A DNA stretch of 64,000 nt from Azolla caroliniana. Its lineage: Eukaryota > Plantae > Polypodiophyta. The stretch is from assembly GCA_043228905.1 (NCBI GenBank), contig JBHGNT010000092.1:29713-93712 (forward strand), given 5' to 3'. Of the stretch, positions 62,878-64,000 are shown one piece after another (the first letter of the stretch is position 1; every line of letters begins with the position of its first letter). The position numbers were made by a program, and so were the translations under genes. The notes beneath the pieces are model-generated. The model was not told the origin of the DNA and did no database searches. It was given only the letters and a program-made list of their open reading frames with translations.

Positions 62878-64000
62878 TCATCTACTTCTAGGGGTAGGGA
62901 CTCCACAGTAGATTGGAGAGTTTAAGGGATTCCCGGCCTGCCGATCTTGGCCCGCTTCAAATAGATCCCTTGATACATTTTGGCTCCTAATCGGTTGCAT
63001 GTCCTGCACCCCTTTATCCCAAAGAGACGTCGCCACACCAGGTGATGGTCTAAGTACATTACCCTTCCCTTTACCCTTGAACTTGCCTGACCGGATCCAC
63101 GATTTCACTAATCTGAAGTCACCACTGCATTCACGCTCCATCGTGAGGGGGGCCTTTGTCAACATCTCCTCCAGGGTGGACGGTATCAATTGTGGTAGCC
63201 TCTCCACCGGGGTGGAGAACACGAGCTTAGGATCTCGTGGGGTAAAGGACAAGGATTCACACGGGGACATCGTTGCTGCCAACGCTTCTGGGTCGCCATC
63301 CCCTAGCCCTTGAAGCAATGTAAATCTGTTGGATGCTCTCACCTGTAGGTCGTGCGCCTCCGCACTCCCCGAGAGGATCTTCACCCATTTCAAGGGTTGT
63401 TCGTCCACGCTTGCTGGTGACGGGGTAGGAGAACTTCTATCTATGGGACAGTCTTGAGAGAGGTTGGGCGAGGCTGCACCTAAGTTTCCAAGTTTTCCTT
63501 GCTTCTTAACGGGGTGCCAGGGAGCCTCGCTGCCCTTGGTTGGCGCGGCCTTCCCTGAGGTTCGAGGTCCCAAGCATCCCTTTCCGGTCTTACGAGGACA
63601 TTCCTTAGCTAGGTGTCCTTTTTGTTTGCAAATGAAACATTGCCCAGGGAGTCCCTCATACACCACATTCACCATTGTGAGACCTAGCTCCTCAGAGGAG
63701 AGCCTAATTCTTGTTGGAAGTCCATGGAGGGAAGGCACCAAGATGCATAGCTTGGGCACCTCCGCTATTGTATCTGCCATGGACATTTTTTTTGGGCAAA
63801 TTGTCCCTATTTGTTCGCCAAAAAAAGGAAGCAGGTGGCACAAGTGGGAAGGGAGGCCAGGAAATGTTGCAGTGATCACCCGAGGACTGTTAAGTTTTCG
63901 CAACTCCTCAATTGGATTGAACCCTGGGGACCACGGCTGGAGCAACACCTTGTCGTACTTCAGTTCAAGTACCTTGAGCCCTACCAATGGCTGCGCCAGC
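62878..64000 (-). CDS. L1 ORF1 (gag-like, CCHC zinc knuckle), 5'-incomplete in window
   Basis: LQPWSPGFNP..FPGLP..YEGLPGQCFICKQKGHLAKECP. Confidence 0.9.
   Translation of the reverse strand, partial: LAQPLVGLKVLELKYDKVLLQPWSPGFNPIEELRKLNSPRVITATFPGLPSHLCHLLPFFGEQIGTICPKKMSMADTIAEVPKLCILVPSLHGLPTRIRLSSEELGLTMVNVVYEGLPGQCFICKQKGHLAKECPRKTGKGCLGPRTSGKAAPTKGSEAPWHPVKKQGKLGNLGAASPNLSQDCPIDRSSPTPSPASVDEQPLKWVKILSGSAEAHDLQVRASNRFTLLQGLGDGDPEALAATMSPCESLSFTPRDPKLVFSTPVERLPQLIPSTLEEMLTKAPLTMERECSGDFRLVKSWIRSGKFKGKGKGNVLRPSPGVATSLWDKGVQDMQPIRSQNVSRDLFEAGQDRQAGNPLNSPIYCGVPTPRSR

Larger units (their letters stand above)
58305..64000 (-). mobile_element. Younger near-complete L1 LINE (continues beyond the window), inserted in ORF1 of the older L1
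   Basis: A-rich tail at 58305-58322 (minus strand); ORF2 and ORF1 below. Confidence 0.95.

Overview
Eukaryotic, transposon-dominated plant DNA; the element lineages suggest a non-seed plant such as a fern, but that is inference. One host gene (5 exons, USP domain plus coiled coil, 6644-10363) is followed by about 53 kb of nested elements. An old minus-strand L1 LINE (about 17411-58304) is split by a copia element carrying two ~1.1-1.2 kb solo-LTR-like inserts, a full-length gypsy element with an extra coiled-coil ORF, a third solo-LTR-like element, and a younger L1. The most notable structure lies inside the third solo LTR: a DNA transposon at 38986-56848 (about 12.3 kb without its nested copia) with 25-bp TIRs, GGG..CCC ends and a 4-bp TSD. 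It encodes an apparently intact 2-exon, 863-aa Sola2-type DDD transposase. It also carries a convergent multi-exon accessory gene (RING-H2 finger, TQT-like repeats, FCP1/SCP-like pseudophosphatase). The long introns of both genes are filled with arrays of the palindrome TAGCTAATTAGCTA, which also flanks both TIRs. All calls are by manual reading; no searches were run.
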